Part shown: in pieces, positions 1-14,800 of the stretch
Numbering within the stretch: position 1 is the first letter of the stretch
How the letters are laid out: the number at the start of each line of letters is the position of its first letter
Source of the DNA: Lingula anatina
Taxonomy: Eukaryota > Animalia > Brachiopoda
Direction of reading: 5' to 3'
Length of the DNA: 64,000 nucleotides
NCBI GenBank assembly: GCA_051362555.1
Contig: CM120649.1
Span: forward strand, 11,346,001 to 11,410,000
Notes under the pieces: generated by a model
The model's input: the letters and a program-made list of their open reading frames with translations, nothing else
Told to the model about the DNA's origin: nothing
The model's database searches: none
Translations under genes and position numbers: made by a program

Positions 1-139
1 GTCAGTCTCACGGTGTATCCAATTTTGGCAGGTGTTATATTGTACACGCAGTCCAGGCTGTCCGGGTAGACCACCGGGTAATACGGGGACCGGATTTGAC
101 CAGAACTAGGGACGAGATTGGTTTCACCACATGGATTTT
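1..139 (-). CDS. CUB22 5' exon, truncated by the window edge
   Basis: tgcag|AA AAT CCA TGT GGT: ENPCGETNLVPSSGQIRSPYYPVVYPDSLDCVYNITPAKIGYTVRL. Confidence 0.87.
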
Positions 140-3100
140 CTGCAATGCCAGCGAGTTTGAAATCAATTAAGGTACTAAAAGCAAATTTCCATATACAAGT
201 ACACTCAAACCCGTTATTTCAACTTGCAAAAAGGAGAATTCAAGAAGTAAACCGTGGTACTCAGTTCAGTGTTGGAATACTGAACTGTACGTGTATCGCG
301 ATAATGAAAAGTTTGAGAAAATAAAAGAAAAATCAGGGGAGTATTCATCTTGAGGCTCATTCACTTTCATTTTTACACTTATAGAACCCACCTCTCCAGA
401 TTTTGATTACGTCCCAGACTATAGGCTTTATACTCTCTACTCTGCACTTTAAGGTACACAAAAGAGGATTTTGTTGCTAAAATTCATATGTAACGAATTA
501 TCCCGTGGTAAACGGAGGGCATTATCTATCCATTTATGTATTTAAAGTTTTAATTGTCCACATACCGCACGCCATTAGTCCAAATCCGGAGAACGTGCCT
601 CGAAAAATCGTGACCGTTCACATCTTTAAAACATCTTTTAAAAAGCGACCTACTTCTAAAACTTACCTAACCGTTGCTGACACTCCTCTTGTGCTTTATA
701 AAATGAAATTGAAAAAGTAAAAGAAGCAGTTTAGTTGCACGTTTCGGTTGCTAAAATGTGTAGTTCAAGCCGTATGACAAGAAATAAGCCATATAAATAA
801 ACTGAAAACAATGAGATTTCTTCCACAATAGTTAAAAGACGAATAACCAAAAAGTTATGAATAATTGAGATGCTTCTGTACTTAAATATTATTACCAGCT
901 ACTGGCAGTAAATTCTGAAGGGTAAGCAATATGTGAGACAACACATATTGACATGTATAACGATGTATTGTATAACATAACACCTGACCCCCTCCCTACG
1001 CCTAGTACTTACAGCCACAGTATATTGCCAGAAACCCGAAGTCCTCTACACTGTCATCACTGTGGAAATGAACCCACATTCCGTTCTCAGCAGATACTGG
1101 GTCAGGTATCACAGAACCACAGCTCTTTAATAAAACATTCCCCATCGCCGATCCATTCCTGACCTAACAATGATTAAATATTCAGTTCAGCAATTTAGAC
1201 CACCAGTCCTTGTTGCATTTATAAAACTTGAGTTCGAAAATGAATATTATTTGTAACTTCCAATATCTAAGTACGAAAGTGTGAACAAATACGAATAACT
1301 TAAGACATACAACTACAGTTCCTGTGCACAGACACAAACGACGTACGACCTTTAACTCACAGAACATACACATCAATGAACGCATACTTATAACACATAA
1401 ACAAACAAATTTAGTACAATTTAATGTCGAAAATGTAGTAATTTTTTGTCCAATTTGTCGGCACCATACGTTTTTCTTTCCTTAAAAGGGGCATTTATAT
1501 TAGCCTATAACTGTCTCAAAGCAAGACTTATTTTGAGACATCAGATTTTAATATTTATCATTAATATTTACGGATGTAATATTTGTTCTCCATGTTTATT
1601 ATTTACTTTGTAGTTGGTTCTATTTTTATTACTATTAAAGGTGAAAACAACAAACTGCCACCTTCAAATACACATATTTTCATGAATGAAAATATGATTA
1701 AAAAAAACCAAACAGCAAAACTACTCAATCTTTCACAAAAGGAAACTGTAATCCACAAGGTGACATACATAAAAACATCGACTCACTTGTAAGTAGTCCG
1801 AAGAACAGTTGGGACCTCCTTGTAGAACAAAACTTACGAAAGCTATCGTTACGCCACGTGCATAGTGATAGTAATAGTGAGGTACGCGGAAGGCACAGTT
1901 GATACTTCTATTGTAATTGGACGGATAGTTTGGTGAGGCGAAAACCCCAGATGTGTAGTTATAATAGTGTACGTGTCCGCAGGGGTCGTAGGGAGCTGTA
2001 AATAATAATAATAAGAAGAATTTTTAAAATAACAAGGACTAGATGATCGCAGCGACGATAGCAGCGCCATCTTTTGTACCACTGGCGGGATAAAGAGCAT
2101 TCAAGTCCAATGGTAACTGTGGGTGAATCTTTAGGAAATTACGGAATATAACGGATATAATTGTGGAAAGTGCATGGGGCGGATCCAGGATTATATGGAG
2201 GGATCCGCAGGTGCGAAGGGCGAACGGTTTAAAACTATGATTCAGCTTGTCAAAATTATAATTTCAAATATAAATTATAGACAATCAAAGTACAGGGTTT
2301 TTTTAATTGAATAACAAAGATAGAGATTATGCAGTTAGTTGAGTAGCGTTGCTCAAAATGCACTAGATAGACATATCTATTGTACAATGTAACGTTGACA
2401 AATATAGTGAAACTTGCAATTTGAAACAATTTCGAAATGTAACAGTATACTATACTGTAGAAGTTGAAACATTGCCATCAAAATCATACTCACAGACATT
2501 GTAAATGGCCTTGAATCCAACTCTCCTTGTATCTGAGTCAGAGTGGAACCGCACCAGCAAGCTAGGGGACTGGATTTCTATACTAGGCCTTGTTGATCCA
2601 CAGAAGCGCGGATGCAGAGGCTCCATAGACACCAGATCAAAGACCTGTGGTGACAGAGGTTTATTTCTATTGGATCTATGCATAGCCTACTTATATTGAA
2701 AATTGTTTGCGGAAACTAATATATATATGTGTGTGTGTGTGTGTGCGCTTGTGTGTGAATCTTGTTGACAGTTTCATCTAGACTTGACTACTCGCTAAGT
2801 AAGTCGATAGAGCGGGAAAGGGTCGCCAATAGCTTCTCTTCGTACATTTAAAAATACCTGAACTTAAAGATACAAGTATAAATTTCAGGCAAAACTTATA
2901 AAGTAATTTTACTTCATAAACAACATCATAGTAATGCGGTTTATCTCGCTAAACGATTCACCTTATCAAGTTTGAATTCGCAAGATAACAAAAACGTCAC
3001 ATACCTCGACAAAATCGTTGCACTCAGCGTCAAATTCGAACACCTCTACAAAATTTAACCTGACATAGGAATGATCCGGTGTTTCAGGAACGATAGTATA

Positions 3101-3262
3101 TTCACAATCTATGTTATCTATGTACCCGTAAGGATAATATGGCGATGTGATTTCTCCATATCCGGCACTTATATTAGTATTCCCACACGGGTTTTCTGTA
3201 AAACAATCAAGTTACAATCTATTTTACCATAAACAATCGGATGTAGATTCTCTGAATAAATT

Positions 3263-3293
<31 letters not shown>

Positions 3294-4370
3294 CTTGATT
3301 CTTAATTACACCTTATCATTAATTATTTCGAAAATTAATTAATTCAGGTAATTACGATAAATAATTCATTATCATTATTACAATTTTATTAGGTTATTCA
3401 TAGAAAGCATCGAGAAATGAGCGCACATGTATCTTAAATACACACTTTCACTGTACATCACCCAAACTTAGTTTTAACCAACAAACGAAGTAAGACATCA
3501 TTTGTGCTCTCAGCTGCGATCCGGCCTAAGGTGCATCGACCTTGACATTGGCTTCCGACCTTTGGCCACCTACACACAGCCGCTTATGTCATTATTTTTA
3601 TTTTTATTATTACTATTATATACTATGGGCCGGAGGCCTTGAAAAACTGAATAAATTATTATTATTATGTCATGCAACAACCACTGAACTCGAACAAGGG
3701 TCCACAAAATTAGTTCAGTCCATGTGTGACAGGAATGGTAGTCATGGAAACATAAGTCGTTAGTGTCATATATGATTAGTACAGGTTAGGGTTAGCTGTT
3801 GTAACATAATACAATGTCCAGGGTTCAATATCATTTGTATAAGTTAGGGTTATCGAATTAATCTATGGGACGAATGTAACTTAAACAAAACATTGGAAAT
3901 TATACAGCACTATGGTTTATAGTGGACTACCATTTCTGTCAAACAGACTGATGGCTGACAACAATCATACAAGTACACTTTTACATGCAATGCTTGTTAA
4001 TAAATATAGCAACCGTACTTGACAAAAGACGTATATCTTTATTACTGATTCTTCAAAATCAACAAGATATATTGTATGTGTTCTTATAACATGAAAGAAC
4101 CATATACTAACCGATTCGTTTTCGGCACTCTTGAATTGCTGGCATTTTAATAAGATAAAAAATTCTATTACACAAACGAAAACACAAAAATAGTCAATGG
4201 ATATGCTTTATTCAGGCCATTGGCTAAATTCGTAGGGTTGCAGGCTTAAGCTATACAGTGCAAACCTATTCTAAGTAAGTTACTTTTTAATATTGTCCGG
4301 AAGAAAATCTGTTACTGCTACTACTACAAACACTATACAACAACTACTACTATTACTTCTACTACTACTA

Positions 4371-4409
<39 letters not shown>

Positions 4410-7400
4410 TAATGATAATGATTATAATTATAATGATAATAATGAATAACAGCTTATAGAGCAAAGGCACTGGGTGGACGTTGACATTATATAAACAAAA
4501 GCAGTTACTGTAAAAGAACAAATGCAGTAATAATGATTGGATTTAATCTAAAGCCTTTTATGAAAATAATTAGTGAAGCATTTTGCAAATAACTATCAAA
4601 TATGGCAAATTTTGTTCTATTTTCCATTTCACTCACAGTTGCAGTTTATTGCCAAAAACCCGACATGGGTATAGCTGTGATCACTGTGGAAATGGACCCA
4701 CAGACCATGCTCATCATAAACTGGATCAGGTAATACAGATCCACAGCTCTTCGAAAGATAATTCCCGGATACACTTCTTATCTGATGGAATACAAAATAT
4801 GAGTTTAAACAACTTCATAGGATATTATTCAGTTAAATTAGAAAAAGTTCCCTTTTTCATAAATCGCTCTTTAGAATGCCTTCTTATAAACAATGAAACA
4901 TGGTAATGTTATATCGTTTGCAGTACATACATTTATTATCTAAATCATCAAGGGCAATTTGCATATGCACACTTTCCCGGGCTTTCCCATTCAAATCCCA
5001 TGTGGCACCAGGTTTGGTGTGGGAATCACAATCATACAAAACACTCACTCACTACACTGACAAAACTTGTAACAGACACCATGCCAACTCACCCGAACAA
5101 AGTCGTAGTTGCAGCTCCTTTGGTGTTCCAGCTGAAAAAGGACAAAGACAAGCGCCACACCCTCTCCTGGTTGCAGAGGCGTTATAACATAGTGACAGTC
5201 GGTGTTATCTTGATAATTTCCTTGCGGGAAGTTTGGCGAATGAATCACGCCGTGGTTAAAGTCCCCAGCACATGTACTACTTACGCCACCTGTGGTGATA
5301 GAAAAATCACTAGTGAAAAGGTAAATCCTTAATAAAGAGGCGTAACATGTTCTGGGCCTCTTTTGGCAATATGTGGTCACCCAACCGTTTCTTTGTGATA
5401 AAAATACAATAACTCGCAATCGATGTCGTTTAGTAGCGTATCAAAGGGAAATGCAACCCTGGGCTAGCGTTGGACTTGTTTATACTACGTCCACAATGTA
5501 GGTGCATCACTTCCTTATGGTAGGTGATCAATCAGTTAACTGAATCCCCTAGAGGAATAAAGTAATGCTATTTCTCCATTTAGCAGCTACTGGTAGTATT
5601 AAAATTGTTGCTTGCCACCTTTATTATTATTCTGATGTCTATAGGGAGAATCTTTAAATGGAAATGAGCTATCCTGGTGAATATTGAAATTAAACAACAG
5701 GCCCAATACTACGTGTTGAATAGAATGATCACTGCTGTATTTATTTTTTCAATCATAATTTCACCTGATGAAAAATTTTCAGATCCTTGAGGGGCAATTC
5801 TCTCCGTGGAAAGACTTGAAAAACCAAGCGTACAGCTGTATCTTAACAGAACTCTAATATTTTATTTCAACAGGTCTAGAGATAATTGTAAAATATAAAA
5901 GACGTAGGGCCTACTTTGTTACAAGCAATCCCTTTCCAACTCACCTGTCACGGTACAGTTTTCTGCAGCTGCAAGAAAATGGATGAAAAATACAGTAAAA
6001 ATGGTGATAAGTGGACTACATGTAACTATTATTTGACTTTCACTGTTTGTTTGTTTTTTTATGCACCGAAATTGGGGAAGAAACTACCTTTCCATATAAG
6101 ATCTAAAAGTTATTAAGACAATAATAAACTTTCTCTAAAACTAACATTTTAATTTTATTTTCTAATTATTATAATGATATGATTGTTTTTAAAACTTTAA
6201 AGTTTGCATTGTGATAAATAAAGAATTTTTATATTTTAATTGTGCTTGTTTGTGTTTTAATAAAATGCATATAAATGTAAGGAAAAAGAATACGCATAAT
6301 GTATCATTATTATTATAAAAATAAATGATGTAAGAAATGAAACACCTGCTTTCTCAAAAATATACTGCTACTAGTTATTTTTACTGTTGCCTTTACGTTA
6401 AATGTACATGAATTGTAATTAAAAGCACACAGGACCTTTATACAATTATATGACTATATATGAATGTTTGTTACAATTCTCGGACCAAAAACTTACATTC
6501 ATTATAGACTGCCTTAAACCCCTTTCCTTTATTTTTTGGATTAGAATGGAATCTTAACAACAGCTTTGAGGCCTTGGCCTGGACGCTTGGGGCAATGGCT
6601 CCACAAGAACGGGGTACCAGAGTTTCCAAGGTAATCAAATTTAAAACCTAAAATAATACATGTACTTAAATGCAAACTCTTTAATATGAACACAAATCAC
6701 CTGCAATAAGAAGATGTTAAATCTATGTTTTTATATTAAAATCGTCATCAATCTCCTTTAAATTCGTTTCTCTCTCTTTCCAAACACTTACAGGCATTTT
6801 AATAAAAGCAGTATTACACGATAAAATCATAGTCCTTAACATGGCTAACGTGGACAATTAATTTTATTGCTCTCATATTATGTAGGCTACAAGCCTTCCA
6901 AAAAGATCTCGAGCAATTTAGTCGCATCTAAATTTCATCCACGTCCCATATTCTCAACCATGGATCCTCAATTAACTTAGAATATGAGAGCTTCCTGAAA
7001 TGTAACTCAAAATGAAACTGACCTCTACATAGTCATCACAGTCAGCCTCGAGGTCAAACTCGCCTGTGAAGGTCAAGGTCATACATGCGCCTGGGACTGC
7101 AGCTGATATAACGTAATTGCAATGTGTCTTGTCGGTGTAAGCAAAAGGATAAAAAGGTGACATGATTTCTCCAGTACCACCAATAAAACTTGTATTACCA
7201 CATGGGTTAGCTGAAATATCAAAAATGCAGGAAAATGAGTGTTAATAAATGAGTGTTAGATCTTTATATGGAATAATAATAATAATAATAATAATGCCTA
7301 GGCCTACTCTTTTTCCTTAATTGTCAAGGGATTCTACAATAACAATTGGGGTTGAAAATAACGATCCTTGAACCCAATTTGAGTTCTAACTTTCTATTTT

Positions 7401-10400
7401 TGTCAGTAACATTTGTATAGAAATGTGATATAATGTTTAATGGACAAAATTTGCACGAAAAGGTACTCGGATGCACAATAACGTATACTGAGTTTTATTA
7501 CACTGCAGATCACCAGTCCATACATTCAATCTAATCATAATGTACATACTATAGACTTAATTTCAGTCTTATATCAATCAGCCATTAAGTAATTTGTGGT
7601 CTTATTTACATATTACCCAACATGATCATGTATCCTAATTGTGTGGAGAGATATAGAGATAGAGAGCTTAAACAATAGAACGATGAATACTGTTGACTGA
7701 CACATTTTACGTAGGGTTTAAGGAGCGTTTAACAATCCTTTTACGTGAATTATTATAATTTGTACTGCAAGATGAAGCATTTGTGTAATCCGTATATAGG
7801 CATATTTACCAGTATGTCCCCTGCATTCCTCTCTTGCTAACAATTGAAAATACAAGTACAATGTAGATATATATAACATTGTGATGGATTTAGACGAAAT
7901 ATAAGCGTATTTACGCTAGGTGTTATAGATATCAAATATTAGAATTTTAATTAATTGCTACAGATCTTTTGAAATAAACATGTTAATACGTAATTTAGAA
8001 GGTAATATATAACATATAAATACAAAAATTGCTTATATAAATAGAATTTGAAACCGTTGGCGGAATTCAAATATAATTCTCTCTCAAACCTCTTTCAAAT
8101 TAAAATTTTTTATGACCACAGTTTATCAATTTACTTACAGTTACAGTATATGGCCATAAAGCCATCATCGCCATCGGAACCATCCGCATGGAAATGGACC
8201 CACAAGCTATTTGGGTCAAACACTAGGTCTGGTATATTGTTTCCACAATTGTGAGATAAAACATCGCCGTTTGATGACCTTATCTGGTAAATGAATTATT
8301 CTGTTATGTAATTATCTGCACATACATAAAAATATGAGATAATAAATATACCAACATAGTGTGCCCAAAAACTTTTTATAATCTGATTTGTTGTAAACAC
8401 AAAACAGGCAGAAATATATAATCTTTTCAAACTACTGAATATGCACATTTAAAAGCATTTAATTGTGTGCGTATTCAAAAAAATTCTCATGGTAAAACTG
8501 ATGCTGTATGAAAGTGTATTGTGTTTCCTTCACTGTCAGTGCTTTTGATTATTTCAATCATTATATAATTTTGTTTCTAAGGAAAGACACATATCGGTAT
8601 ATTTTGTATGATTATTAATTTTATTATTATTATTATTATTACTTTGATCACGTTGAAAAGATGGCACGTAAAACTATCAACCTACCTGCACGTAATCTCC
8701 AGCGCAGTTATCACTTGAAGTCACTCGAAATGATACGAAAGCAAGTGCCACGCCCATTCCGGGTTCAGCAGGTTTAATGGTGTAGTAACAATCAGTGCTG
8801 GGGTCGTAATTTGCCACTGGAAAGTTTGGTGTGGTGACGTAAGTGGAATTGGACTCTCCACCGCAAGTGCTTGTTACACCGCCTAAAGTATTGAATTCAA
8901 TGGCATTACAATATCTCTCAATAGGGGGGCATTATATATTTTACTCCTATACCCAAAAGGGCGCTTCTACTTTGCATATGGTAATTTTTCTCCTTTTTAT
9001 TAGCACCTTGACAGTATTCTAATAAGTATTGATTTACGACACTGTAATCATTCGTTGGTTCGTTCGAAATGGACATGCACTCTTTGACTCAGAATATATA
9101 TGTCAACAAACTTTACTTTGTCGTGTCAATTAACAATCGGAGGCATTGTATAACGTGGCGGTTGTATTTAGCAGAATCATCTCATTGTTATTGATGACTG
9201 GGAATTAATTGAAGCGAATGGCAGATGTTGAGGAGACCTTTTGCTCACAAATATGCCATGATATAAAAAGGTAATACAAAAAAAAGAATTAGCAAAATGC
9301 CCCAACCAGCTGGTTGCATTGCTTTAATAATCTGCTGAACACAGCAATTTATCATATAATACTATGCATTAAATGCGTTAAAATCATTTGTGACCTTTAC
9401 TACCCACCTTTTAGACGACAGCTTCCTATGGCTGTGCAAAATGAAAATATGAATTGGATAAAAAGGTGGGTCAATAAAATGTATATGGCAACATAAAAGA
9501 TTGAAAATGTTAAAATCGCATATTTGCATATTATCTATTACCACAACTACAGCAAATTAAACTTACTCCTTATTACCTCTTAAAAAGTACTTTAAGGGGA
9601 TAATAACTCCTCATTTTGGCAGGAAAAGTGGTATAAAACTGATTTTCCCGAGGTAGACGACGATTTTCCCATATTTCTATGGTTAATAAATACGTTCCAT
9701 ACAACTTTATTCAATCGTTTTCTAAAAAGTGTTTTTTAAATAATCTCTGAAGCTATTTTTTTTCGGGGGTTAACCGCCTTAGACCGTCCACGTGGTTCGA
9801 TGGCAAGCACAGAGTTCAGGATTGCGATAACCGCCGTTATGGTGGTAAAATAGAACTCATTATATTGTTATGTGTTGTTTAAAATGTATTTTTGTTGAAT
9901 TTTGAATCTCATATGAAGAGTTGTTATCCTTTTTACTGATCATGTTTAGAAACATTTAACAATGTAAACATTGGCTTTGTCTATCTGTCTTTTCACCATT
10001 TTCAGGTGACATGTAAAAAAAATGAGTATACGCATAAGTACAAAGTCATGACCAAACTCTATTAAACAGAACGTTAGGTTAATTAACGTTTAGAATTACA
10101 TATACTAAAAGTGTAAAAAGGTTTGAAATGCTTCAAAAATATCTCATATTTTAACTCCTCAAACCTGTTATTGACCTGAAATAAGCCATACTCCATCAAT
10201 TCATCAAAGTGATAATTCAGTAACATTGCTTTTTCATCGACTCTTATGTAAAGATGATTAAAAGATCGATGCAATCTATGGACCGGTACTCACATTCGTT
10301 GTACACTGCTTTGAATCCCTTCCCTATATTTGTAGAATCAGAATGGAAGCGGACCTCCAGAAAACCCGCATGTACTGCAACACTGGGTGCGTTACTACCG

Positions 10401-11835
10401 CAGGTCCTTGGAATAAGGGTTTCCATGGTGACTGGGTTGATTACCTGTAGGTATATTTATCTACGTTTATGCATGATCAGGCTTGATATTTAAGGAAGGA
10501 GCCAGATTTGATAAAAGCTCGGAAACAAATGAAAAAATGTTTCAAATCTTTCTGAAATAAGTTTTATGCGTATACATGTAACCTCAGATGTACTTAAGTT
10601 ACACGGAATTATGTCAACATTAATATCGTTTTATGAAAGAATTTCTCGATTGAATTAATAAAGGCATTCGATTCTACTAGATTAAATTTCTATCGAATAG
10701 CTTATTGCTTTAAGAGACAACTCTTTATGGAGGTAAAAATGCGAATTAACTCATTGTTTTGAAAACCCGGAACAACACTTTTTCACGTTAGATGCAACAT
10801 CTCGGAAAAAATCCTGTTTATTTGTTTTATTGCATGAAATATTTAGTAATTACTTATAGATAAATGATAAATCCATGAAAAGTTCAAGAAAAACAAGAGT
10901 AGCAAGCTGCTTTAAAATCTGGAAGCATTGCACCCACCTCAACATAGTCATTACAGGCAGCATCGATATCAAACTCGTCAATAAAGGTCAAGGTCACACA
11001 TGATTCTGGGTTATAGGGCGCTATATTGTACTTGCAGTTAGTGTTATATGTGTATCCATAAGGATAAAAAGGTGACGTGATTTCTCCACTGCTATTAAGA
11101 AAAGTGGACTCTCCGCATGGGTTATCTGCAATAGCACAATACCATAAGTTTTACCATGAGTGCCAAACCGTTATGTAAAAAAAATCCAGAAAATTTGAAC
11201 GTGTTTCTCTTGTTATCAATTAACCAAGGCGTATCATATCCCAATCGTTAACAAAAATACGATACATTAACTCGCATGTGAATTCTAGACTTTTGAAGCA
11301 CTTAAGTAATATAAAGGTAGACTGGTGAACATCGTGGCGGTAAAAATTAGAAATTTCAATTAAAAATTATCAACTGCAAATTTTCAACTGATCAGGGTGG
11401 AACATAATTTGATGAATAAGAGAAATTTTATGACTTTTCCGAGAAAATATCTTTAGGCTATTATAAAAAAAACTACGGATAAATGAAGCATATAACTCAT
11501 GAAAGCAATATGTAATTGAAAACACCCAAGTCACAGACATACAACGTGCCTTAGACTGTAGAACAGACTGTAGGTAGACTATGGGTTAGAAGCAAACATA
11601 TATTTACATTTATGAGGCAGGAGTTTGTTGTTAATTATTTATACTAATTCCTGTTGAAACTTGGCTGATTAAATTAACAAAAGTATAATAAAGAAAAGGA
11701 ACAATGCGTAAGTTTTTTAACGTCAACTAGAGAACAGAAAGTGAGAAGAAAACAATGTTTTTTTTTTCTCATACTTTCGAGCAATCACAAGGCTGAAGAG
11801 ATCAAGTAACACGGAGAGTGATTTTTTTCTTTTGA

Positions 11836-11871
<36 letters not shown>

Positions 11872-14800
11872 TTTATTTCATTTTATTTATCAATTAATTA
11901 ATTAATTTATTTTTTTGCCAAGTGGCTACTATTTAAATTCTATCTGTCTTAGTTAGCACTATACGCAACCCAGTCTTCTCCTTTTTGGATATTATAGCAG
12001 CATTAGGACCCAGCTATAGTACTTCATTCATTAGTAACCTGCTAGACTGTACAAGATTTGGCAATGGAATTGGAAGCTGGAAATTTCAGACGAGTCGCCA
12101 AAAATGAAATAAAAAAAATAGAACTAAAAATGATTTTAAGGATCTATGTACCCTCATTGGTTTTTGATTTGGTAAATATACCTCGATGGTTTTGGGAAAG
12201 TTGTTGAAGTTCCCAGCACGTTGTTTGTCTTTAAACACTCGTTTAATAAAATTTATTAAAATTGTAAGGCAAATAATTAGCTATATTTGTATTCATATAA
12301 ATATAAAGGGGGATAAAATACGGGCTCTGTACCGACCAGTGACAAGAATATAAACGCTATAAAATACAATGATTAACTAAATCTACATTTCAGGTTTATA
12401 TAAATTATTTATAGTACGTAAATAGGAAGAAAAACACGTTAACAATAACCTTCAAAGACATGAAGTAAGGATATTTACCTATCAATTCTTGGCACTCTTC
12501 ACTGGCTAGCATTCCAAGTGAGAATTGAGTAAAATCAAAATTAATTACAAAAAATTTTTACACAATGGAAAACGTCCCAAAGTTCGCAGTTAATATAAGT
12601 GTCAAAATTGTGTATAAGAATTTATTACACAAAAAACACCCCAAAGATCGTAACCTTTATGGTATATTTCAAAATATCAAAATCGATGCAAAGTATTAAA
12701 CTGACACAGACAATGGCAAAAAATCCCTCAGAAAAGAGTCTGGTACTTAGAAGCATTCTCGATAGTTCTTATACTCACATATACTTGAATTTGACAAATT
12801 ACTAAATGTTCCTTCAAAATGAGATGAGATGAATTCGATCCTTGATTAATCTTAGACCCCATTCCCAGAGATAAGATCGATCCAAACTAGATCGACCTAA
12901 CTCCCTGGGGGTTCACGCGAAATAGCTGTCAGCCGAGCGGGCACGAAAGTTAATTACCCCCTTACAGCTTGTAGTAGGCGAGACGGACATTTAAGCCGGA
13001 TTATTTGACAGTAATCTAGTGAGACTCCCCACGGGGATAGATCGAACTAAAATCTATGGGAATAGGCCCTTACTTACAGTTACAGTATATGGCCAGAAAT
13101 CCATTACCGACCACCCCGCCATCTGTGTGGAAGTGGATCCACATGCCATTTGGGTCATAGACTGGACTAGGTACATTCGAACCACATCTCTTTAACAATT
13201 CATTCCCTGATGCTGACTCGCTTCTAATCTGTCCAATAAAATGAACTTATAACAGATGATCATCATAATAATAAGAAGAAAAGAAAATACCCAGACGAGT
13301 GCTTTAACGCGCTGTGTGAGAATAGAGAAATTTATTTTTGAACTTCAAGTATCGATCTGCTCACATCAAATAAAATAATTTACATATTTTTTATAGATTA
13401 TAATACTACATGCATGACTATAAAATAATACCTGAACATAGTCATAACCACAACTGTCATCGTTTTCTAAATCAAACGTAACAAAAGCGAGTGCCACGCC
13501 CCCTCCCGGCAACAGGGGTGTAATGGTGTAGTAGCAGTCAGTATTGTCGACATACTGCAGCGGGTAGCTAGGACTGGTGATGACGCCGGAATCGAAAACT
13601 TCCCCACACGAACTTGTGACGAGAAAGTCTATAAAACGATAAAAACTTTCCATTGCTAATATATTATGGTAATTATACATTTATACATTTATATTAATCT
13701 CAAACAACGTTTCTTTAAAGGCGTCGAGTCAAAATTGTATTATACAAATACATTCTTCTTCATAACACATATTTAAAATAATTTTAGAAGCATAAATCGT
13801 TAAACAACATAATTTGATTTTTGTCGCAAGCTTTTAAAAGAAACGCATGTTGGTTAAAATCGAATATGTTAAGGATATGCATACAATAAATAACTAATAC
13901 ATTACAGACATTAAAATTATGAGTCATGGTTATGAAACTTGGGACTGCTGACGGAATTAACCCTTGAAATATCTTACTCCCTTTAAAAGCTGACAGTCAT
14001 TGATATCTTTTTGTCCATTATCAAATGATATTTGTATTTATATGATGCATAATCGACGTACACTTTCGTTGCATATGAGATGTATCCATAAGACAATACG
14101 TTGGATTTCAAGTCCACGTGATTTTATTTATTTATTTGCAGCTATTCACCGATAGCAATGCTAGAGGTAATAAAACAAACTACTAGTGTCTGTTTTCAAA
14201 TTCACTGTAACAGGTTCCACAAAACGGTTGATATTCCTGGCTTGAGTTACGATTATTTAAACAATGTCCAAGTAACTGTTGTATTTAACCAGATAATAGG
14301 CGGATAGAGTTTTATGCCCTGTATGGTGAATATGTGCAACAAGTAAGGTCTTACTATTACATGTATGTACATTTTATGACTCTTGCTCTGGCGTGTTAAG
14401 TAGCAATTCAATTCTGTCCTTCAGAATTGAAGGGTGATAATATCCTTGCATATCTTTAAGAACCGTTTTATACTCCGATATTATTTGTGCGCTTGGTCAG
14501 TTTGCAATCATAGCATTGCTTTCTATTGCAATGTTCCAAGTGTGTGCGCATATACGGCCAAATAGCTTTTTATAATAAGTTATTGCATTTATATTGTAGT
14601 TATCAGAACAGTCCGATTCTATTTCAAATTCTCCCACAAAGGACAAGGTGACACAGGATTCCGGATCACCCGGTGTTATAATGTACTAGCACTTAATATT
14701 ATCAGGGTAAGCTATTGGATAAAATGGCGACTTTATCTCTCCGGTACCAGCAATAAAATTGCCGCCACCGCATGGATTATCTGGAAACGTTGATATAGAA

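Noticed and set aside
3510-3870. Possible SINE/Helentron-type fragment
   Set aside because: Only compositional hints; no diagnostic ends or second copy in the window.
9592-9782. Possible TTAA-flanked element (TTAAGGGGATAAT...GGTTAACCGCCTTAG)
   Set aside because: Inverted match too weak and right TSD imperfect.
14160-14290. Intron segment recognisable in all four repeat units (also ~21500, ~27450, ~34560) as a possible snoRNA
   Set aside because: No C/D or H/ACA boxes seen; similarity is explained by paralogy.
14686-14688. TAG as a recoded or read-through codon, or a sequencing error
   Set aside because: Present in both copies and accompanied by loss of the donor and partner exons; ordinary decay fits better.
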